NCBI GenBank assembly: GCA_051362555.1
Contig: CM120640.1
Coordinates: 41,704,788 to 41,768,787 of the forward strand
DNA: 64,000 bases
Direction: 5' to 3'
Source of the DNA: Lingula anatina
Taxonomy: Eukaryota > Animalia > Brachiopoda
The notes under the pieces were generated by a model that was not told the DNA's origin, made no database searches, and saw nothing but the letters and a program-made list of their open reading frames with translations. Each line of letters opens with the position of its first letter. Position 1 is the stretch's first letter. The position numbers were made by a program, and so were the translations under genes. Shown here piece after piece: positions 29,158 to 40,246 of this stretch.

Positions 29158-29447
29158 CAGTTTAGAGATTTAGAGGGGGGGGGGGGTCACTCAGGGGGGT
29201 CCCGACCCCCCCCCCCCCTTCAGTTTCTAAAAAAAATCACACTGATAGGCCTATTCCCCTCTTGAAATTAGAATTTTGACTAGCTGATTTGTAGTAAGCC
29301 GTACCAAATGGCACTGTTCGCCCTCTAAAATCCCAAAAAAATTCGGGGCCCACCGCCAATGGGGGCGGGGGGGGGGGGGGGGGTCGGCTTCGCATCCGCG
29401 GACCCCCACCCCCCACTTCCCTTCAAATAATCCTGGATCCGCCCCTG
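29158..29447. mobile_element. poly-G/C-rich MITE of the CAGGGGCGGAT type with 5-bp TSD
   Basis: Right end CTGGATCCGCCCCTG, decayed left end CAGTTTAGAGATTTAG; GTACC at 29153-29157 and 29448-29452. Confidence 0.7.
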
Positions 29448-30650
29448 GTACCTTAGGCCTATTTGTGAAAGCATTTATCAATAAAGAATTATACTCTATT
29501 CAATTCTCTTTGTTGCAATAAGTAACATAAAAGTTTATCCTTTTTCCGAGAGGGCGAACATATTGTGATTTAGAACAAATTGGCTGGCTGAAGCACATAA
29601 ATTTTTGTGCCTACAGAGCACAGCGAAGCTGCTCGCACATCTAACGCAATGCCCCGAGTTGGGCCAATGAGAATATGCCATATGATAAGTGCGGTCTGCT
29701 ACTTGCAATGTGTCGGCATCAAAATATCAAAACATGACTTCGTCTCTTAGATTACCAGTGATGACTTCTGCTGGCAGCAAATTCAAAGCAGTGAGACAAG
29801 TGTTATTGCACGACAAGGGCAGGATGACACTACGTAAGCAGGTACATAACAGTGTGAAATATTGTCATGGCTTAATCAGATGGCTGTAAGAGTCTATATG
29901 CCATTATAGGAATTAGAATACCATTACGCCCGGGTATACTTTAAGTTTTACTTGTAGATCTAGCCACCGACAACCATTTTGTTTCTCTTTCGTTGTGGAT
30001 TTCACTTCTCCAAATGACGTGTATATATTACAGATATCCAATACGCAGGAGACCCTAAGAATAGTAGTGAAAGGAGTCTGTCCCCTCCCCTCGGCCACAT
30101 TCTTCATTAGGAATCTGGTGTTCAAGTGAACGAATGTCTTTAACTGCAATTACTAACTGCTGCTGCACCAATTAGTACAAGTACCATTGTGCCCAAAGTA
30201 GACCCATATGCTTAATTCAAGGTTTATAAAATTACCAGGGTTCCCAGCCTATCGATACCTGTAAATTGGGGAAATCTGGAAAATGACTCCCCCTTTTCCA
30301 TGGTCAGACATTCGCCTTCTGTACACAATTGTTCATCCCAAATTATGGCTTAAGGGCCTGCAATAGCTGTTTATTAAAGCTGTTTAAGGCAAGAAATATG
30401 TCAGATTTTTGGCCCTGGAGTTTATAATAACTCCCATTAGAAAATCTTGACTCCGAGGTTTTATTGCTGGGCCCCTATGGCGATGGCGTGTGTAGAGGTG
30501 GTGAGATCATCATGGAATTAGCGACATCGCTTTTGAAGTGTGGTTGACCATATTTAGTTGGCGGATCAGTTAGTCCTCGGATCATCTATTCTGAAGTGTA
30601 CCCTAGTCCGATCTTCTGAATGTGTCCTAAAAATGTCAAGTGTGTGAGTT

Positions 30651-30886
30651 ATGATCAGAAAACTCAAATTACTGCCTTCCTTGACAGCACAACTGCTTTT
30701 AAATGTCATTCACTTTGCACTTCAGACCAACTGTGGCTTTTGTTGCCTGTCATGTCACAAAGAAAGGTACTTGAAACAAGCCAGCACAGAACTAAGAAGT
30801 TTTAGATACCCTGTTAAACAAACTTTTCCCTGGTTCTGGCAGTATAGAGACAAAACCTCAGGAGCTGATGATGCTACATCAGAGGA
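30651..30886 (+). CDS. FXN: frataxin exon 1 (putative mitochondrial presequence; start uncertain)
   Basis: ORF MIRKLKLL...ADDATSEE ends at GA|GTGAGT (phase 2) and joins exon 2 in frame. Join 30651-30886, 31151-31268, 31551-31648, 31988-32141 gives 201 aa. Confidence 0.65.
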
Positions 30887-31150
30887 GTGAGTATTTCTTT
30901 ACTAGTGTGAATTGATTATTATATTATTATATTGCAGCAGTATATGCATTCTACTATTTCATTCGAACATAACATACATGGTTATTACTACATGATGATT
31001 ATTACTAATTGTTCTTTGAGTTACATGAATCTCAATACACAAAGTCTGTCACTATGATAATTTACTTCATATAGGGACCCAATTATTAACTTAACATGTA
31101 ACTTGTTATAAGGAGATACATTTCTCTTCATTTTGATTTTTCTCTTTAAG

Positions 31151-31268
31151 ATTAACAGAACTGTCATATAATCATATAGCAGATGAAACTCTTCATTCCT
31201 TGACAGAGTTTTTAGACGAATTGTCAGAAAGTGGATTTACTCATCCAGATTATGATGTTGGCTTTAAT
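31151..31268 (+). CDS. FXN: frataxin exon 2
   Basis: LTELSYNHIADETLHSLTEFLDELSESGFTHPDYDVGFN (acidic helix 1); TTTAAG| acceptor, |GTAAGT donor. Confidence 0.95.
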
Positions 31269-31550
31269 GTAAGTATATATTATTCACTTCAAATCAATTA
31301 TTTTTTTTCCTTTTTATTTTGTGATATCTTCATTTGGTACAAAGGGCAGTTTTGGAGTTATTTAAAATTAATAAAAAAAATCAGCAGTCTTAATTTGAAA
31401 ACAGTTATAATGTAATTGTAGACATATATATATTATGATATAATGTAATAAAATGACACAAATGGATGTTTCTTCTTTCTAAAGATATTTATATGATAAA
31501 GTCACCTAATAGTAATAAAAAGTTAATTTAATTAATTTTTTAAATTTCAG

Positions 31551-31648
31551 AATGGAGTACTGACGATAAACATGGGAGACCGTATCGGTACTTATGTGAT
31601 CAATAAACAAACTCCAAACAAGCAAATATGGCTTTCTTCACCTTCAAG
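31551..31648 (+). CDS. FXN: frataxin exon 3
   Basis: [32 protein letters not shown], the frataxin/CyaY signature; TTTCAG| and |GTAATT. Confidence 0.97.
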
Positions 31649-31987
31649 GTAATTTTTATGATACAAGCACCAGACACCTTGTTAGTTATAATTTATTAAT
31701 TTATTACATTACATTCATCTACACTAGAGAAACTTAAAAATGATGTTTGTAAAATGATATCAAATTACAAATGTTGTAAAATACATTCCATAATTCTGAG
31801 TTACAAAAGATTAAAATGCCTATTCAGTTTTTGATTGTACATCATACAAATATCTGACATATTTTGCCTAACTTACACACATAAACACATCTAAAAGATC
31901 ATGTACATTTTGCACACGTGCACGCGTGCACACACACACACACACACATTAAAGATCTTGTACATATTTACAATGATTATTTTCTAG

Positions 31988-32141
31988 TGGCCCTAAAAGA
32001 TACGACCTTGTCAATGGAGTCTGGATATACAAACATGATGGCATAAGTCTACATGAACTGTTAAGCAAAGAATTTTCTGCAGCACTAGAGACAGAGGTGG
32101 ACTTCTCAAGCTGTGCATTTTCTAAAACATCTGATGGATGA
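31988..32141 (+). CDS. FXN: frataxin exon 4
   Basis: [50 protein letters not shown]; TTCTAG| acceptor, phase matches exon 3. Confidence 0.96.
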
Positions 32142-32576
32142 TGAAAATTTGTTGAACCTTCTTTGAGACACTGGATAGAGATTAAATTCAGGTTGATTTT
32201 GCCAAACTTATCTTTTGATTCTTCATACAATAGGTATATGATGAATGTCAGTGGTCTTTGTAAAATTGAAATGGCACTTTCACTTGGATTTTTTGTGGCA
32301 TTGTTAATTTTGGTTCCTTTTTTGCTTGAGAAAATTGAGTAGAAGTAAAGCTTCTTACAAGATATTTTCCAGTGAAAATGCTTTAAAAACATTGTATTAC
32401 TTTGGCTGATTTATGCTTTTAAAAAATATAAGTACTTTTAAACTAAAAGATGTCACAAGTAAAAAATCTGCTAAAACTGTTCCATTGCTTTTAAAACTGA
32501 AATATTACATTTACATCTTTTTGATAAAACACTTTGGAAAGCATTTATAATCAATTTAAAACTAAAACTGAAGATA

Positions 32577-32815
32577 TCACGTCTTGGATAAAGTAGAATC
32601 ATCAAGAATGCTTTTCAACTGTGTCATTTTTCTCCAGAAAAGTAAGTTCATACATATCATCATCACCACAGTAAATGATAAGACAGTCACCCAACCCAGC
32701 AGACCACTGTACATTTGGTGGATATTCTCCAATTCTGATACCACCAGTGTTGGCTGTGCTCTCTGGTCTGTGTTATTGCCATGCAGACTTTGGTGTGCAC
32801 CTGGCCCACCTGACC
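32577..32815 (-). CDS. collagen-EGF-PAN membrane protein exon 9 (TM helix and short cytoplasmic tail)
   Basis: TTGTAG| acceptor, phase 1; ...MYSGLLGWVTVLSFTVVMMICMNLLFWRKMTQLKSILDDSTLSKT*; hydrophobic run followed by RK stop-transfer. Confidence 0.75.
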
Positions 32816-32857
32816 CTACAATTTAAATAGGTGGAAAAAAAGTTGACTTGGCTGTTA

Positions 32858-35493
32858 ATTGTACCACCAGCGTTAGCGCTGGCGGTACACATGGTTTCGG
32901 TCCCGTCCGGATCGTTCCGCCGGCTCCGCCGGCTCCGCCGGTTCCGCCGGCTCCGCCGGCTCCGCCGGACGGCTACCGTTACCGCTTCTCCTCCTAGACG
33001 GTAAGGCCCCCCGTACCCATCTCATGGATTTAGGTCACCTATAATCTCAACTCGTTCCACGTAAAATTTGGGCTTTGTCGGTATTGGGGTCTGGGTGTGG
33101 CACTCATTGCAATGCACCCTTGTCTAAAAATGGCAAAATTAAATGCTAATTATCTACCCTACGGAAGGAGTTATGGGAAAAATTTCTATAGACGGCTTTC
33201 CAAAAGTCATATGTGTAGATTTCAAATATACCCTTGGATTTGACCTTTGACCTTTACTTCAAGGTCAAATGGGCCAAAATTTTCAAAAAAATGAAATTTT
33301 TTACGAAAAAAAATTTTTTTGCCCTGTTATTCAGACACCACACAGACTTAACCAATAATATTATTGGAAAGTGTTACCCTTCAGGTCATCTTTCATCTCC
33401 ATGAATTTGGGGTCAATCGGTGCATTTTCACGGGAGTAGCGGCCATAAGATACGGAAACTGAAAACTGTCTCTAATTCGGGAACCGTTAATGCTAGAGAC
33501 CCATTCTTTTTTGCATTTTGTAGAGCATGTAAAGCCCAACACTGGAAGTGGTCTCGGTTTTTTTGTATTCCATACGGTTTTCGAGTTACGCTGTATCAAA
33601 AAGTACATATTGGTGGTAAAAGCAAAATGTGCAGTACGGTAATGGATAATAAATTTTGAACTCTGGAAAAATAAAACATTAGGCTTGGCAAAGCAGACAA
33701 CTTGTGTTCAAAAATGACATTATTTCATCAAATTTGAACTTCTGAAACTTCAGAGCACCTCCTATTTCAAGAATTTTGACCAAAATGACATTTTCTTTAT
33801 TTTAATTAATTTTTTCTGTACAAAATTTAAGGCACATTATGGTAACTCCAAAATTATAACATTTAGTCCCTTATATCTCCAAAACTGGCAGAGATAGGTC
33901 TATAGTTACTATTGAAGTTGAATAGGAAGTCATATACTGGCAATCTATATGTGACCTTGAAATTGACCTTTGACCTACTTTTCACCATGAACTGAACTTT
34001 GCAAATTTTTCTTCCCTTTTATCTCCAAAACTGGCAGAGATAGGTCCATAGTTACTATTGAACTTGAATAGGAAGTCATATACTGGCAATCTATATGTGA
34101 CCTTAAAATTGACCTTTGACCTACTTTTCACCATGAACTGAACTTTGCAAATTTTGCTTTCCTTTTATCTCCAAAACTGGCTGAGATAGGTCCGTAGTTA
34201 CTATTGAACTTGAATAGGAAGTCATATACTGGCAATCTAAATGTGACCTTAAAATTGACCTTTGACCTACTTTTCACCATAAACTGAACTTTGCAAAATT
34301 TGCTTCCCTTTTATCTCCAAAACTGGCAGAGATAGGTCCATAGTTACTATTGAACTTGAATAGGAAGTCATATACTGGCAATCTAAATGTGACCTTGAAA
34401 TTGACCTTTGACCTACTTTTCACCATGAACTGAACTTTGCAAACTTTTCTTCCCTTTTATCTCTCAAACTGGCAGAGATAGGTCCATAGTTACTATTGAA
34501 CTTGAAAAGGAAGTCATATACTGGCAATCTAAATGTGACCTTAAAATTGACCTTTGACCTACTTTACACCATGAACTGAATTTTGCAAATTTTGCTTTCC
34601 TTTTATCTCCAAAACTGGCTGAGATAGGTCCGTAGTTACTATTGAACTTGAATAGGAAGTCATATATCTCCAAAACTGGCAGAGATAGGTCCATAGTTAC
34701 TATTGAACTTGAATAGGAAGTCATATACTGGCAATCTAAATGTGACCTTGAAATTGACCTTTGACCTACTTTTCACCATGAACTGAACTTTGCAAATGTT
34801 TCTTCCCTTTTATCTCCAAAACTGGCAGAGATAGGTCCATAGTTACTATTGAACTTGAATAGGAAGTCATATACTGGCAATCTAAATGTGACCTTAAAAT
34901 TGACCTTTGACCTACTTTACACCATGAACTGAATTTTGCAAATTTTGCTTTCCTTTTATCTCCAAAACTGGCAGAGATAGGTCAGTAGTTACTATTGAAC
35001 TTGAATAGGAAGTCATATACTGGCAATCTAAATGTGACCTTAAAATTGACCTTTGACCTACTTTTCCCCATGAACTGAACTTTGCAAATTTTTCTTCCCT
35101 TTTATCTCTAAAACTGGCAGAGATAGGTCCATAGTTACTATTGAAGTTGAATAGGAAGTCATATACTGGCAATCTAAATGTGACCTTAAAATTGACCTTT
35201 GACCTACTTTTCACCATAAACTGAACTTTGCAAATTTTGCTTCCCTTTTATCTCCAAAACTGGCAGAGAAATTGACCCTTGACCTACCTTACGAAGAACT
35301 TAAATTTGATTGTACCATATATATTTTTTGCAATAGTTTAAAAATTCTTGTTGATTGCATTTTTACAGCTTGTCAAGCACAAAACTGGTGGCTGTGTCCC
35401 TTATTTTGTGTATGTGGGGGTCTACATGAATGAGCTTGCTCCAGCTGGTGGTACAATATTTGGAGGCGGTATCGCCTCTCTGATCCTCTAGTT
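32858..35493 (+). mobile_element. Helentron-associated non-autonomous element (HINE/DINE-1/pearl-like) with internal satellite array
   Basis: 5' subTIR ATTGTACCACCAGC (32858-32871); adjacent partial inverted copy GCTGGCGGTACA (32878-32889); (CCGGCTCCG)n at about 32914-32968; 146-bp array; 3' subTIR GCTGGTGGTACAAT (35444-35457); hairpin GAGGCG-GTAT-CGCCTC (35463-35478); end CTAGTT. Confidence 0.85.
33874..35269. repeat. 146-bp tandem satellite, 9 full and 2 partial units
   Basis: Units begin TATCTC at 33874, 34020, 34166, 34312, 34458, 34604 (61-bp truncated unit), 34665, 34811, 34957, 35103 and 35249 (partial). Confidence 0.95.
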
Positions 35494-35833
35494 TGTGTTT
35501 GTGTTTGATGCATGGATAAAGTTAATGCATTGTTAAAATGAAGGAAGTGAATGTTAACATATTGATAATAAAATATTATGGAAATCAGACATGAGTCTGT
35601 TTTTTATTAAGTCAAAAGCTATGAAAGATTTGCAATTTTTAACCTTTAAATGGACATTTTAGCTGTATTAAAAAAATCTCTGTAATACTGTAATATGCAT
35701 ATTCAAATTTTATTATCTTAGATTTTGTCTGCCCTTAAAACATAATTCTGTAGAAACATATTTAAAACCTCTACTAGGTTAACCTTGAATGCAACTTCAG
35801 TGCAATTATTACTTTGGTGATATCCCATCATAC

Positions 35834-36517
35834 CTGATACATAGTCATCATGAGACCCCAGAGACCTGTCTCCATGAGGCTGGGGAGATCTGGTGGGCCC
35901 CGGTCCATCTGAATGGGGAGATCTGGCAGGCCCTGGTCCATGTGAATAGGGAGACCTAGTAGGCCCTGGTTCATGTGAATGGGGAGATCCAGCAGCCTTT
36001 GGCCCATGAGAATGTGGAGATCCAGGGGACGCTAATGAAGAATTACTGCTATCACTGCTGTTAGCAAATGAATCTTGAATATGGGGATGTCTGCCAGGCC
36101 CTAGTCGAGGAGTTTTGTGATGCCCCTTGGACCCTGGTCGAGGAGTATGGGGTATTCTGTGATGCCCTGGTCGTGGAGTATGGGGAGGGGTGGGGTGCCC
36201 TGGTCGAGGAGTGCGGGGAGGGGTGGGGTGCCCTGGTCGAGGAGTGCGGGGAGGGGTGGGGTGGCCTGGTCGAGGAGTGCGGGGAGGGGTGGGGTGCCCT
36301 GGTCGAGGAGTGCGGGGAGGGGTGGGGTGCCCTGGTCGAGGAGTGCGGGGAGGGGTGGGATGCCCTGGTCGAGGAGTGTGTGGAGGTCTGGGATGCCTGT
36401 GTTTGCTTTTTTTGGATGAGGAAGAGTTGGTGGACAGGCAGGCGTAGCTTCCAAAAGTATTTATACAGGTTTCATCATCATTACATGGTGATTCTGCAGA
36501 TTCACACTCGTCGACAT
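35834..36517 (-). CDS. collagen-EGF-PAN membrane protein exon 8 (truncated cbEGF plus Pro/His/Arg repeat stalk)
   Basis: TTACAG| acceptor; DVDECESAESPCNDDETCINTFGSYACL, then PRPGHPTPPRT and SPHSHGPGPxR repeats; 684 nt open; G|GTATGA donor, phase 1. Confidence 0.82.
36131..36395. repeat. 33-bp coding minisatellite (about 8 copies)
   Basis: Unit GCCCTGGTCGAGGAGTGCGGGGAGGGGTGGGGT; encodes 11-aa repeats on the minus strand. Confidence 0.92.
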
Positions 36518-36806
36518 CTGTAAAGAATTAAAACATGTTAGAAACTATTCAAGTTTTCTAAAAACACAACACACACCCGAGAGAGGTTTCACAACTCTTG
36601 CCACATCAAAAAAGCTATAACAATTTCGTAGTGCTCATTTCATAAAAAACAAGGTGCATTTTTTACATTGCTCAGACTGTACAGGAGGATAAGCATATAC
36701 ATTCAATAGGGATACCTTTCATGCAATAAATCATGATATTTGGTATTTTTACAACTTTTCTAAAGTCCATGGCAATCACATTTTTGAAAAGAACTTTAAC
36801 TCTTAC

Positions 36807-36929
36807 CTGTGCATGTTTGTCCGTTGTCTGCCAGATTGTAGCCCGACTCGCACTCACAACGATAGCTACCCGCTGTGTCTATACAGAATTGATCACATCC
36901 GCCATTGCGCTCAAAACATTCGTTTACGT
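36807..36929 (-). CDS. collagen-EGF-PAN membrane protein exon 7 (calcium-binding EGF)
   Basis: [41 protein letters not shown]; TTACAG| and |GTAAGA; 123 nt, phase 1-1. Confidence 0.92.
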
Positions 36930-37155
36930 CTGTAAAATATCATTTATGAATGAATCTTTTAATGAAGATGCACTGATCTTGGGACATACTTTCTTTAGTG
37001 TTTTGCTGGACCACACTAGTTAAATGTTTTTTTTTTTTATTTTAATCTGCTCACGAGCGATTAGCCTGACAGTGGAGTTGCTCTCAGAAAAAAAATATGA
37101 GAAATTTCTTGGCACGATGTAAGACTATTCTAATATTAAAAAAATAATCACTCAC

Positions 37156-37272
37156 TTGTGCATTCGGTTCCATTTAAAAGTTCGTTAACACCTTGGAGCG
37201 CCTTGCACACGCAGATTGGTTCGCCGCCATGTGCACTTGTGCCCACACAGCGAAAAGAAGACGTGTCCGTTA
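37156..37272 (-). CDS. collagen-EGF-PAN membrane protein exon 6 (4-Cys EGF-like)
   Basis: VTDTSSFRCVGTSAHGGEPICVCKALQGVNELLNGTECT; TTTCAG| and |GTGAGT; 117 nt, phase 1-1. Confidence 0.85.
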
Positions 37273-37671
37273 CTGAAAAGAAAACACCCAATTTCAAATG
37301 GGACCTTTGTACAAACTATTTGATGTTTCAGTTATAAATTTGCAAGGAAATATTCTTAATAAAAATAAATACTTTTGGGGAGTTCGCGTACTAAAAGCCG
37401 GAAAACGGCAAGTATATTTTGGCGACCTCCACTGCATTCTAAGGAATCTGATGATCTAAGGGATTTTTTCATACTTTTCTCTTTTAAAGGATGACAGTAA
37501 CTTTTCCCTTTAATTTCATCAGCATTCCCAAAAGTTCGATATAAAATTTTGTCCTTTTTGTTTTTATACACTTCACACAAGTTATCAATAAAAATCGTAT
37601 AACAGTTATCAATAAAAAAACGCTTTATTTTTATTGAAATAATACAGATTATTTCATTCTTATTTACTTAC

Positions 37672-37947
37672 CGTTCGTATAACACGATCGCTCGAAAAGA
37701 GTAACATTGTCATTGCTAATCACATTCTCTTGGACTGTCGTGCGTATTGTAGACGTGGAGAGCACACAGTCACCAGACGAGAAGGAATCAAAGGTTGTTA
37801 AAACAAATTGAACAGACTGACAGATAAACGTATTTTCTGCGTCACACAAAGCTTGGCAGGCTTCTACTGATGCTATTCCTCTTGATATCTTGCTGTGACC
37901 AAGGAGCTGGGTGGCTGGTATTTCAGTGTATGTGCAGTCTACGTATT
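37672..37947 (-). CDS. collagen-EGF-PAN membrane protein exon 5 (PAN/Apple domain)
   Basis: DCTYTEIP...SVEACQALCDAENTFICQSVQF...GDCVLS...TLFERSC, six Cys in PAN spacing; TTTCAG| and |GTAAGT; 276 nt, phase 1-1. Confidence 0.88.
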
Positions 37948-38224
37948 CTGAAAAAATTACATTTGAAAAATAAGTAAATACAGAAATGTTTTTTAAAAGT
38001 TCCTTTGGTGCACAGCCAATTTAATTATTTGAAAAAGAATGAAGAAAGAAATACAAATGAAATAGAAAGCACAAATGAAATAAATTAATTAAACGACAGT
38101 ATTGAAATACTTTGTCAATAAACAAACGAAAATAAACTAACGCCGATGACACCGTTACCTGCATCCCTGGCAGAGGTAATTAATTAAGATTTTCACATTT
38201 TAATTTAAAAATATTATGAATTAC

Positions 38225-38347
38225 CCAGGCAATCGGAAATTTGCGGCACCAGTCTGTATCCAGGGCGACAGGAGCAGTAATGGCCATCTGCCGTATCTAT
38301 ACATACTTGTCCACAGGCACCGTTATCTGCCGCACACTCGTTTATGT
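38225..38347 (-). CDS. collagen-EGF-PAN membrane protein exon 4 (calcium-binding EGF)
   Basis: NINECAADNGACGQVCIDTADGHYCSCRPGYRLVPQISDCL; CTCCAG| and |GTAATT; 123 nt, phase 1-1. Confidence 0.92.
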
Positions 38348-38815
38348 CTGGAGAAAAAGTTTTGAAAATAAGTTAGTTGTGACAAATTCAGCCCAATTCT
38401 TTAGCGCCGTTATCCTTGCCCTTTTCTTTTATAACAAAAAATTTTAGTATTTCTAGAGAGAGAGGTGTGGAATGATGCTTTATTAGAAACCAGTCTAGAG
38501 CACAAAAATGTTAGTACTTTACTTCTATCATGATTGTTGTTTTGTGTCACTAAACTGTAAGTAATCGACCAGAAGTGAAAGTAGACTCATTCAAAAAATA
38601 ACTGCTTGCGAAGGAGACTAATGAATGGAACACTGAAGCCATTGGTGTTGTTATTCTTGCGAACGGAGAATCAACGGTACACGCCCACTGAATGTTTAAA
38701 TGAATTTGTATGTTACGCCTCACGACGACACATTCCGTTGTATGGACATGTGTAAAATACTCAAAATGTTTCTTGCATACAAATTACCTTAAAAGTATTT
38801 TGAACGACTACTTAC

Positions 38816-38977
38816 TAGTAACAGAGCCTGTTGGTCCGGTTGGTCCTACAATACTCTCACCAGAATCCCCCTTCTCTCCTGTCGGCCCAGTGGGCCCCGT
38901 GGGTCCTACAGAACCCGTCTGACCCGTGTTACCTGGGGGCCCCATAACCCCCGTGTCTCCTTTTAAACCTTGCGGAC
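38816..38977 (-). CDS. collagen-EGF-PAN membrane protein exon 3 (Gly-X-Y)
   Basis: [54 protein letters not shown]; TTTTAG| and |GTAAGT; 162 nt. Confidence 0.93.
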
Positions 38978-39144
38978 CTAAAACGATATTAATGTGGGTC
39001 GTCTGTAGTGTTTCGTTTGAAACTACTTAGACTGTGTGTTTAAGTGAGAGGGTGAACAGCATAACGCCAATTGGGTATCTTCACAAAATTTTTGCTTTCT
39101 GTAAAGTCTTTTTATTTTTGATAAATACCTTGCGTGCAGCTCAC

Positions 39145-39489
39145 CTGTAGCTCCCGTTGCTCCAGCCGTCCCATTCACTCCGGGTGTGCCAGGAACCCCG
39201 TCTACTCCATCCAATCCAGGAAGTCCATTCAAGCCAGTCGGTCCTGTTACACCAACCGCTCCCTTCATACCAACATCACCTTTTGGGCCAGGAGGTCCTT
39301 GGGGACCCGGATTTCCGTCTCTACCGTCCACTCCTGATGCACCAATAGCCCCCTTCATTCCCGTTAACCCTGCAGGACCCGTGGCTCCAGTAGGCCCCGC
39401 TGGCCCCGGCAACCCACCTATGCCGTCAAGTCCATCCAGTCCGTCCGGACCTGTGGGCCCAGTCGGTCCTGTTGGTCCCTGGCCCCTGC
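39145..39489 (-). CDS. collagen-EGF-PAN membrane protein exon 2 (Gly-X-Y)
   Basis: GRGQ then uninterrupted Gly-X-Y ([15 protein letters not shown]...GATGAT); ATCTAG| and |GTGAGC; 345 nt, phase 1-1. Confidence 0.93.
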
Positions 39490-39924
39490 CTAGATAACCA
39501 GAGCGATGTTTTCAAGTTTAAGGCTTAGGTTAAAACAATATCGAAGGGATCACGTTGTAATCTTTTAAAAAAGTTTGTTTACGTGATAGTAAGATGTGAA
39601 CTTTGGTGAAGGGTAAGCGGTTTGTGCAATTTTAGGTTGTTACGATATTCATGATTTGCACCGAGTCGCTGAATCCCATATTCTAGCAGGTCCACCATTT
39701 CGAAAAGATGGACGTTGTCCATCTCTCTCACAGTTCATCTCTCCCAGGTGCCGATAGTATACTGCAAAACTGAGCACATAAAGCATGCTTCTTGGAGTTC
39801 TGTGCCTCTGTGTAATTATTTTACCCCCCCCCCCAACCCTCCTTTGTACCGGTAAGATAATGATTTTGAGTGAATGAGTGCTATTTGAGCCCATATCTGA
39901 TCTGGCAAATGGTGCTCACTAACA

Positions 39925-40088
39925 CTCTATCTACCCGGGCCACAGATTGATTTTTCACTACATACTCACGGATGTATTTCTGACTAATACTGTTTCTGGC
40001 ACGGCAGAGAAAATCGTCATGAATTAGCCGGAGACATTTGCGTAAATATTCAGTGAAAATTAATCTGTGGGCCTGGTAGAGGATAGTA
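39925..40088. mobile_element. degenerate MITE related to the 52032-52169 element
   Basis: TCTACCCGGGCCACAGATTGATTTTTCACT is inverted as AGTGAAAATTAATCTGTGGGCCTGGTAGA; shares ACAGATTGATTTTTCAC with the 52-kb copy. Confidence 0.65.
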
Positions 40089-40246
40089 CCTCCTCATATT
40101 AGTCCGAACACTGAGGCATCTCACGAGAATTGCGAACGTCTCAGACATGTCTCAAACATGTCGCAAATTGACTTGTGGATATGGCAACAGAAATGAGAAT
40201 TTAATGAAGAACAAATCTGATGGTTAATTAGCAAGATCACACTTAC

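Noticed and set aside
31949-32826. ORFs 31949-32392 (minus) and 32584-32826 (plus)
   Set aside because: Antisense to frataxin exon 4 and to the TM exon respectively; no recognisable motifs.
33874-35269. Regular repeat array as a CRISPR array; ORFs 34464-34724 and 34912-35217
   Set aside because: Monomers are contiguous with no unique spacers, the context is eukaryotic and no cas genes are present. The ORFs are by-products of the satellite.
36068-36523. Overlapping repeat ORFs (EECGEGWGALV, WSRSAGRGGVP, GCPGRGVRGGV, LPALLDQGTPP)
   Set aside because: Alternative frames of the 33-bp minisatellite; only the PRPGHPTPPRT frame is in phase with the upstream EGF exon.
39134-39497. Plus-strand Pro/Gly-rich ORFs
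   Set aside because: Antisense shadows of the collagen exon.
39644-39807. Possible extra exon in collagen gene intron 1 (HALCAQFC...APGRD)
   Set aside because: Poor acceptor tract and an in-frame TGA; exon 1 joins exon 2 cleanly without it.
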